Below the pieces are notes generated by a model. The model ran no database searches and was not told the DNA's origin. It saw only the letters and a list, made by a program, of their open reading frames with translations. From assembly GCA_002269645.1 (NCBI GenBank), contig NIVC01001550.1:124001-188000 (forward strand): a DNA stretch of 64,000 bases. The letters run 5' to 3'. This document shows, one piece after another, positions 1 to 13,700 of this stretch. The translations under genes and the position numbers were made by a program. The stretch's first letter is position 1; each line of letters starts with the position of its first letter. This stretch comes from Macrostomum lignano (lineage: Eukaryota).

Positions 1-2628
1 ATTGGATTGCTAATCTATCCATGGTAAATAGCATTGGATTGCTAATCTATCCATGGTAAATAGCATTGGATTGCTAATCTATCCATGGTAAATAGCATTG
101 GATTGCTAATCTATCCATGGTAGATAGCATTGGATTGCTAATCTATCCATGGTAAATAGCACTGGATTGCTAATCTAGCCAACATCGTGGAGGTAGGCAT
201 GCACTGGATTGCTAATCTAGCCAACATCGTGGAGTACGAAATGGATTGGATTGCTAATCTATCCATGGTAAATAGCATTGGATTGCTAATCTATCCATGG
301 TAAATAGCACTGTATTGCTAATCTATCCAACATAATGGAGTACGAAATGGATTATTGGATTGCTAATCTATCCAACATAATGGAGTACGAAATGGATTGG
401 ATTGCTAATCTATCCATGGTAAATAGCATTGGATTGCTAATCTATCCAACATCGTGGAGTACGAAATGGATTATTGGATTGCTAATCTATCCAACATAAT
501 GGAGTACGAAATGGATTGGATTGCTAATCTATCCAACATAATGGAGTACGAAATGGATTATTGGATTGCTAATCTATCCAACATCGTGGAGTACGAAATG
601 GATTATTGGATTGCTAATCTATCCAACATAATGGAGTACGAAATGGATTGGATTGCTAATCTATCCAACATAATGGAGTACGAAATGGATTGGATTGCTA
701 ATCTATCCAACATAATGGAGTACGAAATGGATTGGATTGCTAATCTATCCAACATAATGGAGTACGAAATGGATTATTGGATTGCTAATCTAGCCAACAT
801 AATGGAGTACGAAATGGATTGGATTGCTAATCTATTCAACATCGTGGAGGACGAATGGATTGGATTGCTAATCTATCCAACATAATGGAGTACGAAATGG
901 ATTGGATTGCTAATCTATTCAACATCGTGGAGGACGAATGGATTGGATTGCTAATCTATCCAACATAATGGAGTACGAAATTGATTATTGGATTGCTAAT
1001 CTAGCCAACATAATGGAGTACGAAATGGATTATTGGATTGCTAATCTATCCAAAATAATGGAGTACGAAATGGATTATTGGATTGCTAATCTAGCCAACA
1101 TCGTGGAGTACGAAATGGATTGGATTGCTAATCTATCCAACATCGTGGAGTACGAAATGGATTGGATTGCTAATCTATCCAACATAATGGAGTACGAAAT
1201 GGATTATTGGATTGCTAATCTAGCCAATATAATGGAGTACGAAATGGATTATTGGATTGCTAATCTATCCAACATAATGGAGTACGAAATGGATTATTGG
1301 ATTGCTAATCTAGCCAACATCGTGGAGTACGAAATGGATTGGATTGCTAATCTATCCAACATAATGGAGTACGAAATGGATTATTGGATTGCTAATCTAG
1401 CCAACATCGTGGAGTACGAAATGGATTGGATTGCTAATCTATCCAACATAATGGAGTACGAAATGGATTGGATTGCTAATCTATCCAACATAATGGAGTA
1501 CGAAATGGATTGGATTGCTAATCTATCCAACATAATGGAGTACGAAATGGATTGGATTGCTAATCTATCCAACATAATGGAGTACGAAATGGATTATTGG
1601 ATTGCTAATCTAGCCAACATAATGGAGTACGAAATGGATTGGATTGCTAATCTATTCAACATCGTGGAGGACGAATGGATTGGATTGCTAATCTATCCAA
1701 CATAATGGAGTACGAAATGGATTGGATTGCTAATCTATTCAACATCGTGGAGGACGAATGGATTGGATTGCTAATCTATCCAACATCGTGGAGTACGAAA
1801 TGGATTGGATTGCTAATCTATCCAACATCGTGGAGTAGGAAATGGATTGGATTGCTAATCTAGCCAACATAATGGAGTACAAAATGGATTATTGGATTGC
1901 TAATCTATCCAACATAATGGAGTACGAAATGGATTGGATTGCTAATCTATCTAACATATTGGAGTACGAAATGGATTGGATTGCTAATCTATCCAACATA
2001 ATGGAGTACGAAATGGATTGGATTGCTAATATATCCATGGTAAATACATTGGATTGCTAATCTATCCAACATCGTGGAGTAGGAAATGGATTGGATTGCT
2101 AATCTATCCAACATAATGGAGTACGAAATGGATTGGATTGCTAATCTATCCAACATCGTGGAGTACGAAATGGATTGGATTGCTAATCTATCCAACATCG
2201 TGGAGTAGGAAATGGATTGGATTGCTAATCTATCCAACATCGTGGAGTACGAAATGGATTGGATTGCTAATCTATCCAACATAATGGAGTACGAAATGGA
2301 TTGGATTGCTAATCTATCCAACATCGTGGAGTACGAAATGGATTATTGGATTGCTAATCTAGCCAACATAATGGAGTACAAAATGGATTATTGGATTGCT
2401 AATCTAGCCAACATAATGGAGTACAAAATGGATTATTGGATTGCTAATCTATCCAACATAATGGAGTACGAAATGGATTATTGGATTGCTAATCTAGCCA
2501 ACATCGTGGAGTACGAAATGGATTATTGGATTGCTAATCTATTCAACATCGTGGAGTACGAAATGGATTATTGGATTGCTAATCTATTCAACATCGTGGA
2601 GTACGAAATGGATTGGATTGCTAATCTA
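1..2628 (+). repeat. Minisatellite array, GGATTGCTAATCT-core family (32-bp units at the start, then 42/45-bp units)
   Basis: Units ATTGGATTGCTAATCTATCCATGGTAAATAGC and GGATTGCTAATCTATCCAACATAATGGAGTACGAAATGGATT(ATT). The WIANLSNIMEYEMD ORFs are translations of the repeat. Confidence 0.97.
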
Positions 2629-2686
2629 AATATCCAAAGCTTCCGGAGCCAAGGCGTCCAGCAAAGATAAAAATCGAGGCTCTCAC

Positions 2687-2798
2687 CAACTGAAGTTGCC
2701 GGCCGCAGATGAACTTGCGCTTTCACCACCTCCATGGGAAGCGATGAGGCGCCCAGCATCACCGCGGTGACCAGGCAAAACGCCAGCAGGTATCGCAT
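2687..2798 (-). CDS. Probable first coding exon of a secreted protein (signal peptide); the rest lies beyond the array or outside the window
   Basis: ATG at 2798 in an AAATG context gives MRYLLAFCLVTAVMLGASSLPMEVVKAQVHLRPATSV, with a hydrophobic signal-like N-terminus. Donor G|GTGAGA at 2686 (phase 1). Confidence 0.6.
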
Positions 2799-3503
2799 TT
2801 CGATGCTGTCCTAGAGCGACTCAAAATACAGCAATTGAATTGCTGCTTTGAGTAATTGAACACGACTCAAGGAACTCTAGCAAGACAACGGAAAACCGTG
2901 ATTCAGTTGCGAGTTAGAAAACTGTCATTAACTCACTGAGTCCCGCTGACAAATCTTTCCGGTGTAAAAAAACCCGAGGCTGAGACCGAGCTTTAATGCA
3001 GCATAGAGGCTGCATGGTCTGGTTTGCTCATCTGCCACCCTGAGTACATAAGCTATTGTGGCATATTGGGCACAGTGCGCAGTATGAGCACAGTGTGCCA
3101 TTGTTTGAGTCCACTGTACAATTCCTAACTCGATGTTGGCCCAGCTGAATGTTGACACTCGCGCCCGAAGCACGTTTTAGTCTGCGCATACATTAATGCG
3201 AAGCAAACGCCTTAGACTAGGCTAAATAACTCTTTAATTTTAGCTATTCCTCGTGCACATAATCTGCAACATCTGCAACTGTCTACTAATTCTACTCAGT
3301 CTACTAATTTAGTAGACAGTAGTAGCGAATACATATGGTTTTTCAATTTCAAGAATGCTTGTATTAAATCATTTTTAGATTGCTTGCATCGTGCATCGAA
3401 AGATATAGTAGGATCAATAGTAGATATTAAATGGTGTATAAACTAGCAATATCCTGCTGTCAAGGCACCAAATAAAGAGTTACGGTATTCCTGGGTTACT
3501 GGG

Positions 3504-4845
3504 TTACGGCATCTCAGCAACTCCCCCTTGAGCCATGGAATCTCAGCAACTCCCCTTTGAGTCATGGCATCTCAGCAACTCCCAGCCCATTGAGCCATGG
3601 CATCTCAACAACTCCCAGCCCATTGAGCCATGGCATCTCAACAACTCCCAGCCCATTGAGCCATGGCATCTCAACAACTCCCAGCCCATTGAGCCATGGC
3701 ATCTCAACAACTCCCAGCCCATTGAGCCATGGCATCTCAACAACTCCCAGCCCATTGAGCCATGGCATCTCAACAACTCCCAGCCCATTGAGCCATGGCA
3801 TCTCAACAACTCCCAGCCCATTGAGCCATGGCATCTCAACAACTCCCAGCCCATTGAGCCATGGCATCTCAACAACTCCCAGCCCATTGAGCCATGGCAT
3901 CTCAACAACTCCCAGCCCATTGAGCCATGGCATCTCAACAACTCCCAGCCCATTGAGCCATGGCATCTCAACAACTCCCAGCCCATTGAGCCATGGCATC
4001 TCAACAACTCCCAGCCCATTGAGCCATGGCATCTCAGCAACTCCCCCTTGAGCTATGGATCTCCGCAACTCCCCCTTGAGCCATGGATCTCAGCAACTCC
4101 CCTTTAAGCCATGGATTCTTCGCAACTCCCCTTAAAGCCATGGATCTCCGCAACTCCCCTTTGAGCCATGGATCTCAGCAACTCCCTATTGAGCCATGGA
4201 TCTCAGCAACTCCCCTTTAAGCCATGGATTCTTCGCAACTCCCCTTAAAGCCATGGATCTCCGCAACTCCCCTTTGAGCCATGGATCTCAGCAACTCCCT
4301 ATTGAGCCATGGATCTCAGCAACTCCCTATTGAGCCATGGATCTCAGCAACTCCCCTTTAAGCCATGGATCTCCGCAACTCCCCTTTGAGCCATGGATCT
4401 CAGCAACTCCCCTTGAGCCATGGCATCTCAACAACTCCCAGCCCATTGAGCCAGGCATCTCAACAACTCCCAGCCCATTGAGCCTTGGCATCTCAACAAC
4501 TCCCAGCCCCTTGAGCCTTGGCCTCTCAGCAACTCCCCTTTGAGCGTTGGATCTCAGCAACTCCCCTTTGAGCCATGGATCTCAGCAACTCTCAGCCCAT
4601 TGTGCCTTGGCATCTCAACAACTCCCAGCCCTTTGAGCCTTGGCCTCTCAGCAACTCCCCTTTGAGCGTTGGATCTCAGCAACTCCCCTTTGAGCCATGG
4701 ATCTCAGCAACTCTCAGCCCATTGTGCCTTGGCATCTCAACAACTCCCAGCCCTTTGAGCCTTGGCATCTCAGCAACTCCCCTTTGAGCCTTGGCCTCTC
4801 AGCAACTCCCCTTTGAGCCTTGGCCTCTCAGCAACTTCCCCTTTG
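3504..4845 (+). repeat. Minisatellite, 33-bp homogeneous core with 29-31-bp flanking variants
   Basis: Unit GAGCCATGGCATCTCAACAACTCCCAGCCCATT, degenerating to GAGCCATGGATCTCAGCAACTCCCC(T)n. Confidence 0.96.
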
Positions 4846-5447
4846 AGCTTCTGAGTCTCATCCCTGAGAATGAGTTCCAGATTCCTAATCAAGTGTTGGA
4901 TGTGTGTAGCCAGGCCGCTAAGCTGGATCTGCACTTTTGCACCAATGGTGCGTCGTCTCGGGCTCGAGATTAGCTTGAATTGTTTGAAGTAATTAACCTC
5001 TTATGAGGCCAAAAATTTAAAAACTATTTATGACATTAACACTGATATTAAACTCTTGCAAGAATAGATAAGGTTTACAAATAGCCGTTCATTTCTCAAA
5101 AAAAAAATGATTGACACTAAAATTTCCGTCCCGAGCTTCACAAATTCTATGAACCAATCGAATCATGAAGCTTTTAATTTCAGCGCATCAAATTCAATAA
5201 ATATTGGAACTAAAGAATAAAATCTGTTTGGGATTACTGAGATACATGTATGTATATAATTGAGTGAAGAATGTATTTGAGTACACAATTGTATTAATAT
5301 TTATTTGTTTAATAATTTAATCCGAACAAAGAATACAGTGTCCAATTAATAGTTGAGCTGGAGTTCGTAACAGCTATAAGGCTATCAGATTTGAATCCGC
5401 TTTAGGCATTGTTTTGCACTTTAATAGTATAGTAGAGTCGCAATCAA

Positions 5448-5866
5448 TCATTCTCTCTCGACGCTCTGACCCTTCATGGCGAAGCTCTTGACCTCCTGGC
5501 CCTCCTGGATGAGGGCGCACAGGCCGCAGAAAAACCAGACGCAGAAGTCGCCGATAAAGCTGCCATCGATGCCCTGACGCTCCCTGATCTTGCCGCGCAC
5601 GATGGGGCCGAGGATGAAGCCGAGACCGCAGGCCATGCCCAGGGCGCACAGCATGCAGCTGTCGCCAACAGCCTCTGCATTCTTGCCGAACGTGTAGCAC
5701 GGCACAAAATAGGTGATGATGCACAGGCCTGCAGGAGAGTGCACGCATTCAAACAAATTTGTTCGCCAATAGCTAATGAATGAAAGGTGAATCGTTAGTT
5801 GGCGAGCTGCCCGGACTTACCGCAATCGTCGAAGCAGCCGCAGAGTCCGTGCTGAAATTCGCCCAT
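5448..5866 (-). CDS. PLAC8/cornifelin family Cys-rich protein, 2 exons, 108 aa
   Basis: Exon 1 5821-5866 (MGEFQHGLCGCFDDCG, donor GTAAGT), 92-bp intron, exon 2 5448-5728 (acceptor CTGCAG). Shows the GLCGCFDD..LC...PC..FGKNAE, RGKIRERQGIDGS and DFC...C..CAL.QE motifs typical of PLAC8. Confidence 0.93.
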
Positions 5867-6180
5867 GTTGCTGCAGCAGAGTTGTTAGTTGCGAACTAAT
5901 TAGCGAGTGCGCGCCTGTATAGAGCTTGATCCAATTTGCCCGAGCCGCAGTCTAAGCGTGGCTTGCTGTTGTAGGCCCCATATATATTTCCGCTTCGAAT
6001 ATATGCGCGCCTGAGCCACACTGCCTGTACAGCGATAAGTTTTATCGCTGTGCAGCTCGAGGCATGGAGCCGGTCCTCGCTGTTAGAGCAATGGCAATGG
6101 GCTCCGATAACACCGCTTGGTGCCGGCGGTGCCGCCCCAACCCTTCCTCCCTAGCGAGTGTTGGCTTGTTGCACTGCGCC

Positions 6181-6194
6181 GTTGCTATGGTAAC
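6181..6194. promoter_or_regulatory. RFX X-box-like palindrome
   Basis: GTTGCTATGGTAAC matches the X-box consensus GTTNCCATGGNAAC with one mismatch; about 315 bp upstream of the PLAC8 ATG. Confidence 0.5.
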
Positions 6195-6551
6195 CCCAGC
6201 AAGTAAATGTCTCTCCCGCCCTGCTGTCTCTCCATTTTGTTTTATTTTTATATATCTGCGCAACTGATTCACATGAATATTTTGTTGCTATTGGTGATGG
6301 AAACCACTTGGAGAGAGAGGTCAGATTTTCATTGATAATGAAATTGTGCATTGGAGCTTTGGCTAGTTATGAGCCTATCTGTCTCTAATATCTGACTTAA
6401 ACCTGTTTCGTTACAGCGAATCACCATATATGGTGAAATTCTGTCTTCAAGCGCACACAGTCTGCTTTCTCTGCAATAGAGATACTCCAATGAGATTTAG
6501 GCTGCCGCGACTGCCCGCAATGCATGCCTTGTGAATTGTTTTCAAGCTGGA

Positions 6552-7645
6552 ATAGATTGCTAATCTATAGCCTGGCTTATCGTGATGATGGAATAGAATG
6601 GATTGCTAATCTATAGCCTGGCTTATCGTGATTTATGAAATAGAATGGATTGCTAATCTATAGCCTGGCTTATCATGATGATGGAATAGAATGGATTGCT
6701 AATCTATAGCCTGGCTTATCATGATGATGGAATAGAATGGATTGCTAATCTATAGCCTGGCTTATCATGATGATGGAATAGAATGGATTGCTAATGTATA
6801 GCCTGGCTTATCATGATGATGGAATAGAATGGATTGCTAATCTATAGCCTGGCTTATCATGATGATGGAATAGAATGGATTGCTAATCTATAGCCTGGCT
6901 TATCATGATGATGGAATAGAATGGATTGCTAATCTATAGCCTGGCTTATCATGATTTATGAAATAGAATGGATTGCTAATCTATAGCCTGGCTTATAGTG
7001 ATGATGGAATAGAATGGATTGCTAATCTATAGCCTGGCTTATCATGATGATGGAATAGAATGGATTGCTAATCTATAGCCTGGCTTATCATGATTTATGA
7101 AATAGAATGGATTGCTAATCTATAGCCTGGCTTATCGTGATGGTGGAATAGAATGGATTGCTAATCTATAGCCTGGCTTATCGTGATGATGGAATAGAAT
7201 GGATTGCTAATCTATAGCCTGGCTTATCATGATTTATGAAATAGAATGGATTGCTAATCTATAGCCTGGCTTATCATGATGATGGAATAGAATGGATTGC
7301 TAATCTATAGCCTGGCTTATCGTGATGATGGAATAGAATGGATTGCTAATCTATAGCCTGGCTTATCGTGATTTATGAAATAGAATGGATTGCTAATCTA
7401 TAGCCTGGCTTATCGTGATGGTGGAATAGAATGGATTGCTAATCTATAGCCTGGCTTATCATGATTTATGAAATAGAATGGATTGCTAATCTATAGCCTG
7501 GCTTATCGTGATGATGAAATAGAATGGATTGCTGAGCTATAGCCTGGCTTATCGTGATGGTGGAATAGAATGGATTGCTAATCTATAGCCTGGCTTATCG
7601 TGATGATGGAATAGAATGGATTGCTAATCTATAGCCTGGCTTATC
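6552..7645 (+). repeat. Minisatellite, GGATTGCTAATCT-core family, 46/47-bp unit
   Basis: Unit GAATGGATTGCTAATCTATAGCCTGGCTTATCATGATGATGGAATA. Confidence 0.97.
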
Positions 7646-7999
7646 CCGGTGGCTACTGCAGCCTAGAGTTGGGAACTAGCCAATTGACTCAAGGTCAATA
7701 GGAGTCTGCAAGGAGATAAGGGTAAATCCCTAATTGGTTGGCTGAGAGCGACTCCCTTATCAAATCCCTCCTTCCAGTAACAGGATTTGAGATTTACCAC
7801 TCTGTGCTGATTCTTTTAGATATACTGAACTGGACGCACCGTTTTTTAGTGTTACTAAAAGTAGTCTGTTTTGTTAGATTCTAATTGAATTTTCTTTTCT
7901 TTTCTTTTTTGCGCAATATCAGCGCAAAAAAGAGGGAGCTCTGTTTGTTTGCACTGGACACGGCAGGTGAAAGGTGAAGCAGAGCCATTACGAGCGTAG

Positions 8000-8389
8000 C
8001 GATCGAAAAATCAATCAATCAATAATCAGTCAGTCGATCCGTTAATAAATCAAACAGTCAATCAATTCTTTATCAATCAATAGATCAATCAATTATCAAT
8101 CAATGAATCACTCAACTTTATCTATCTATCAATCAGTTACGCTCGAAATCAATCAACCAATCAATCAATCAATCGGTCAATCAATCAACTAATCAATCAA
8201 TCAACCAATTAATTAATCAATCGATCAACCAATCGATAAATCCTTCAATCAATCAACCAATCAATCAACCAACCAACCAACCAATTAACCAAGCAATCAA
8301 TCAATCAATCAATCAATCAAACAACCAACCAACCAATCAACCAACCAATCAATCAATCAATCAATCAAACAACCAACCAACCAACCAAC

Positions 8390-8432
<43 letters not shown>

Positions 8433-8446
8433 CCAACCAACTAATG

Positions 8447-8500
<54 letters not shown>

Positions 8501-8749
8501 CCAACTAATGAATCAATCAATTAACCAATCAATCAATCAATCAATCGGTCAATCAATCAACTAATCAATCAATCAATCAATCAATCGGTCAATCAATCAA
8601 CCAATTAATTAATCAATCGATCAACCAATCGATAAATCCTTCAATCAATCAATCAATCAATCAACCAACCAACCAACCAACCAACCAATTAACCAAGCAA
8701 TCAATCAATCAATCAATCAAACAACCAACCAACCAACCAACCAACCAAC

Positions 8750-8784
<35 letters not shown>

Positions 8785-9045
8785 CCAACCAACTAATGAA
8801 TCAATCAATTAACGAATCCATCAATCAATCAATCAATCAATCAACCAACCAACTAATGAATCAATCAATTAACCAATCAATCAATCAATCAATCGGTCAA
8901 TCAATCAACTAATCAATCAATCAATCAATCAATCGGTCAATCAATCAACCAATTAATTAATCAATCGATCAACCAATCGATAAATCCTTCAATCAATCAA
9001 TCAATCAATCAACCAACCAACCAACCAACCAACCAATTAACCAAG

Positions 9046-9077
<32 letters not shown>

Positions 9078-9137
9078 CAACCAACCAACCAACCAACCAA
9101 TCAATCAATCAATCAATCAAACAACCAACCAACCAAC

Positions 9138-9180
<43 letters not shown>

Positions 9181-9350
9181 CCAATCAGTCAACCAACCAA
9201 CAAACCAACCAACCAACTAATCAACCGATAAATCAATCAGTCTACCAATGAATCAATGAATGAATCAATAAATCAATCAATCAATAAATAAATCAATCAA
9301 TAAATCAATCAATTAATAAATAAATCAATCAATGAATCAGTCAGTTGATC
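8000..9350 (+). repeat. Compound (AATC)n/(AACC)n microsatellite with internal block duplications
   Basis: Long AATC/AACC runs; the marker CCAATTAATTAATCAATCGATCAACCAATCGATAAATCCTTC recurs near 8205, 8600 and 8948. Confidence 0.96.
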
Positions 9351-9814
9351 CGAGCATGAATTCCACTAGTCTGATTTCATCCCGTGCATTTACATTGTTG
9401 CGTCAGCTTAAGCATCCTCTATAAACAAGCTGAGCAGCCTCAGCTGAGCCCTTAGCTTCGAAGAACACTATTTTTAGCTTTGAATTGAGCTGCAACTTGT
9501 AAATAATAGCAAATGTGTCTATTATTCCGAGGTTGAATAACTGGTTTATCTACCTGGATATTTTTACAAGTATAGCTAGGAATGACAGCGAAAGGTTTTT
9601 TATGCAGTAGAATTGCAAATATTTCAATATTTAATATTAACTCTATGAGAGTTATTGCTTAGTTTGCTAAGACAGCAAAGCAGTTCTCTGAAGTATAAGA
9701 ATAATTGGCTTTTTGAAGTCATATATGCAAGTACATTATAAGCAACAGGGCAAGCTCGGTCAATACCTGCTCACAAGGACGCAAGGGTAAGTAAGTAGGA
9801 CCAGTTTGGGTCTT

Positions 9815-10735
9815 AGCTGACTCCGCCAGATCATGATAGGCCTAGCTAGGTCATGACCCGGCGGAGTCATCTATGACCCAGCTATGACCCAGGACTAGAT
9901 AGGTGATAGATGACTCCGCCAGGTCATGATAGGACTAGCTGGGTCATAGATGACTCCGTCAGGTCATGATAGGACTAGCTGGGTCATAGATGACTCCGTC
10001 AGGCCATGATAGGACTAGCTGGGTCATAGATGACTCAGTCAGGCCATGATAGGTCTAGCTGGGTCATAGATGACTCCGTCAGGCCATGATAGGACTAGCT
10101 GGGTCATAGATGACTCCGTCAGGTCATGATAGGACTAGCTGGGTCACAGATGACTCCGCCAGGTCATGATAGGCCTAGCTGTGTCACAGATGACTCCGTC
10201 AGGTCATGATAGGCCTAGCTGGGTCATAGATGACTCCGCCAGGTCATGATAGGTCTAGCTGGGTCATAGATGACTCCGTCAGGCCATGATAGGTCTAGCT
10301 GGGTCATAGATGACTCAGTCAGGCCATGATAGGTCTAGCTGGGTCATAGATGACTCCGTCAGGCCATGATAGGTCTAGCTGGGTCATAGATGACTCAGTC
10401 AGGCCATGATAGGTCTAGCTGGGTCATAGATGACTCCGTCAGGTCATGATAGGCCTAGCTGGGTCATAGATGCCTCCGTCATGTCATGATAGGCCTAGCT
10501 GGGTCACAGATGACTCCGCCAGGTCATGATAGGCCTAGCTGGGTCACAGATGACTCCGCCAGGTCATGATAGGCCTAGCTGGGTCACAGATGACTCCGTC
10601 AGGTCATGATAGGCCTAGCTGGGTCATAGATGACTCCGCCAGGTCATGATAGGCCTAGCTGGGTCATAGATGACTCCGCCAGGTCATGATAGGTCTAGCT
10701 GGGTCATAGATGACTCCGTCATGTCATGATAGGCT
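9815..10735 (+). repeat. 40-bp minisatellite made of two related halves
   Basis: Unit GACTCCGTCAGGTCATGATAGGCCTAGCTGGGTCATAGAT; halves share GGTCATGATA/GGTCATAGAT. Confidence 0.96.
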
Positions 10736-10743
10736 TGGCAACA

Positions 10744-13700
10744 CTATAGCAATTGGCTGGACTCCAGCTGCTCATAGGTGATCAATCTCGGGAATTCCTT
10801 GTACGCATCAAACGTTGGCATTCGCTGCTTGTGGTAGCCGAGGTGCGTGAACTGGTGAATGGCCACCGTCCTGTTTGTTATGAAGAGTTCGTCGCTTTTC
10901 TCAAAGCCCATCTGCTGCAGTTGAAGGCACACTCGCTGGCTTGGTGAGAGCCCTCCGGAGTGCCTTTGGAGACGTGGCGCCACTGCGGAGTGAGAGTGCG
11001 TTGGACTGTGCTTGCGAATGGCTAGATTAGCAATCCATTCTATTCCTTTATCCATTATAGGCTAGATTAGCAATCCATTCTATTATTTTATCCAATGTAG
11101 GCTAGATTAGCAATCCATTCTATTCCTTTATCCAATGTAGGCTAGATTAGCAATCCATTCTATTCCTTCATCCAATGTAGGCTAGATTAGCAATCCATTC
11201 TATTCTTTTATCCAATGTAGGCTAGATTAGCAATCCATTCTATTCCTTCATCCAATGTAGGCTAGATTAGCAATCCATTCTATTCTTTTATCCAATGTAG
11301 GCTAGATTAGCAATCCATTCAATTCCTTTATCCAATGTAGGCTAGATTAGCAATCCATTCTATTCCTTTACCCAATGTAGGCTAGATTAGCAATCCACTC
11401 TATTCCTTTATCCAATGTAGACTAGATTAGCAATCCATTCTATTCCTTTATCCAATGTAGACTAGATTAGCAATCCATTCTATTCCTTTATCCAATGTAG
11501 GCTAGATTAGCAATCCATTCTATTCTTTTATCCAATGTAGGCTAGATTAGCAATCCATTCTATTCCTTTATGTATGTAGGCTAGATTAGCAATCCACTCT
11601 ATTCCTTTATCCAATGTAGGCTAGATTAGCAATCCATTCTATTCCTTTATCTATGTAGGCTAGATTAGCAATCCATTCTATTCTTTTATCCAATGTAGGC
11701 TAGATTAGCAATCCATTCTATTCCTTTATCTATGTAGGCTAGATTAGCAATCCATTCTATTCTTTTATCCAATGTAGGCTAGATTAGCAATCCATTCTAT
11801 TCCTTTATGTATGTAGGCTAGATTAGCAATCCACTCTATTCCTTTATCCAATGTAGGCTAGATTAGCAATCCATTCTATTCCTTTATCCAATGTAGACTA
11901 GATTAGCAATCCATTCTATTCCTTTATGTATGTAGGCTAGATTAGCAATCCATTCTATTCCTTTATTGGTGTAGGCTAGATTAGCAATCCATTCTATTCC
12001 TTTATCCAATGTAGACTAGATTAGCAATCCATTCTATTCCTTTATCCAATGTAGGCTAGATTAGCAATCCATTCTATTCCTTTATCCAATGTAGACTAGA
12101 TTAGCAATCCATTCTATTCCTTTATTGGTGTAGGCTAGATTAGCAATCCATTCTATTCCTTTATCCAATGTAGGCTAGATTAGCAATCCATTCTACTCCT
12201 TTATCCATGTAGGCTAGATTAGCAATCCATTCTATTCCTTTATCCAATGTAGGCTAGATTAGCAATCCATTCTATTCCTTTATGTATGTAGGTTAGATTA
12301 GCAATCCATTCTATTCCTTTATCCAATGTAGGCTAGATTAGCAATCCATTCTATTCCTTTATCCAATGTAGGCTAGATTAGCAATCCATTCTATTCCTTT
12401 ATCCAATGTAGGCTAGATTAGCAATCCATTCTATTCCTTCATCCAATGTAGGCTAGATTAGCAATCCATTCTATTCCTTTATCCAATGTAGACTAGATTA
12501 GCAATCCATTCTATTCCTTTATCCAATGTAGGCTAGATTAGCAATCCATTTTATTCCTATATTCATGTAGGCTAGATTAGCAATCCATTTTATTCCTATA
12601 TTCATGTAGGCTAGATTAGCAATATATTCTATACCTTTATCCATGTAGGCTAGATTAGCAATCCATTCTCGTATTACAGAGCACCGCATCACTCAGCAAG
12701 CAATATTTAGAACAACAAGAGAAGCCCCTCACTACTCTTGCAGCGGCCGTAGATGCCGCTCCGCGGGTTAATCTTTGGCGAGAAGTAGGTCTCGTTGAGC
12801 ATGACAACTGTCGGGTTAGCTGCGTCCCTCTTCCACAGGTCGAACTGTTTCGTGAGCATTTCCGGGCCCGTAGTGGAGAAAATGGCTGAAACAGGAGTCG
12901 GGTGATCTGGCTTTGCAGAGAAGTTCTGTCCAATAATTTCTTGAAAAAAAAACAATTTTGCGACTCACAAACAGGAAAAAGGAAATTCCTTTTAGCCGTG
13001 CTTGGTCGGAACACGAACTGGATAACTTGGCGAAAGAACGGATGCTCAGGCGTGCAGCCCATGGCCGAGTTCATGGCTGAGTACTGCCTGCCGTGTAGAA
13101 ACTGAGTCTGGTGCCGCCGCTCGCTGTCCAAGAAGCAACTGTGCGATGCCAGACTGGGCAGCAGCGGCGCATGGCAGGTCATGTCTAAGTCCATGTACAG
13201 CCCTGTGCAAGCAGCGGGCGGATGCTGGGAGTTGGCATTCAATATCGGATGAGCGACGCCCAACGCTCTCGACCTCATGCAAATTTCAGAGGAAGATGCA
13301 GGTCTTTGCCCAGCCGAAATTCATGTCACACGCTTTGGTCGAGAGGTTTACCAGTTAGACTGGCAGTTGTACCCAATAGACTGGCAGTTTTATCAGTTAG
13401 ACTAGCAGTTTTACCCAATAGACTGGCAGTTTTACCCAACAGACTGGCAGCTTTACCCAACAGACTGGCAGTTTTACCCAACAGACTGGCAGTTTTACCC
13501 AACAGACTGGCAGTTTTACCCAATAGACTGGCAGTTTTACCCAACAGACTGGCAGTTTTACCCAACAGACTGGCAGTTTTACCCAACAGACTGGCAGTTT
13601 TACCCAACAGACTGGCAGCTTTACCCAACAGACTGGCAGTTTTACCCAACAGACTGGCAGTTTTACCCAACAGACTGGCAGTTTTACCCAATAGACTGGC

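Noticed and set aside
1-2628. CRISPR-like appearance of the palindromic-core arrays (also 59960-60840 and 61305-61470)
   Set aside because: Spacers are homologous and recurrent rather than unique, there are no cas genes, and the context is spliced eukaryotic DNA.
454-2670. Long ORFs with WIANL repeats (also 50053-52208)
   Set aside because: Units are multiples of 3 and near-identical at DNA level with no synonymous bias; the same core occurs in non-triplet arrays and on both strands, so these are satellite translations.
4850-4973. Exon-like stretch SLIPENEFQIPNQVLDVCSQAAKLDLHFC after the 33-bp array
   Set aside because: No recognisable homology, weak acceptor and no partner exons.
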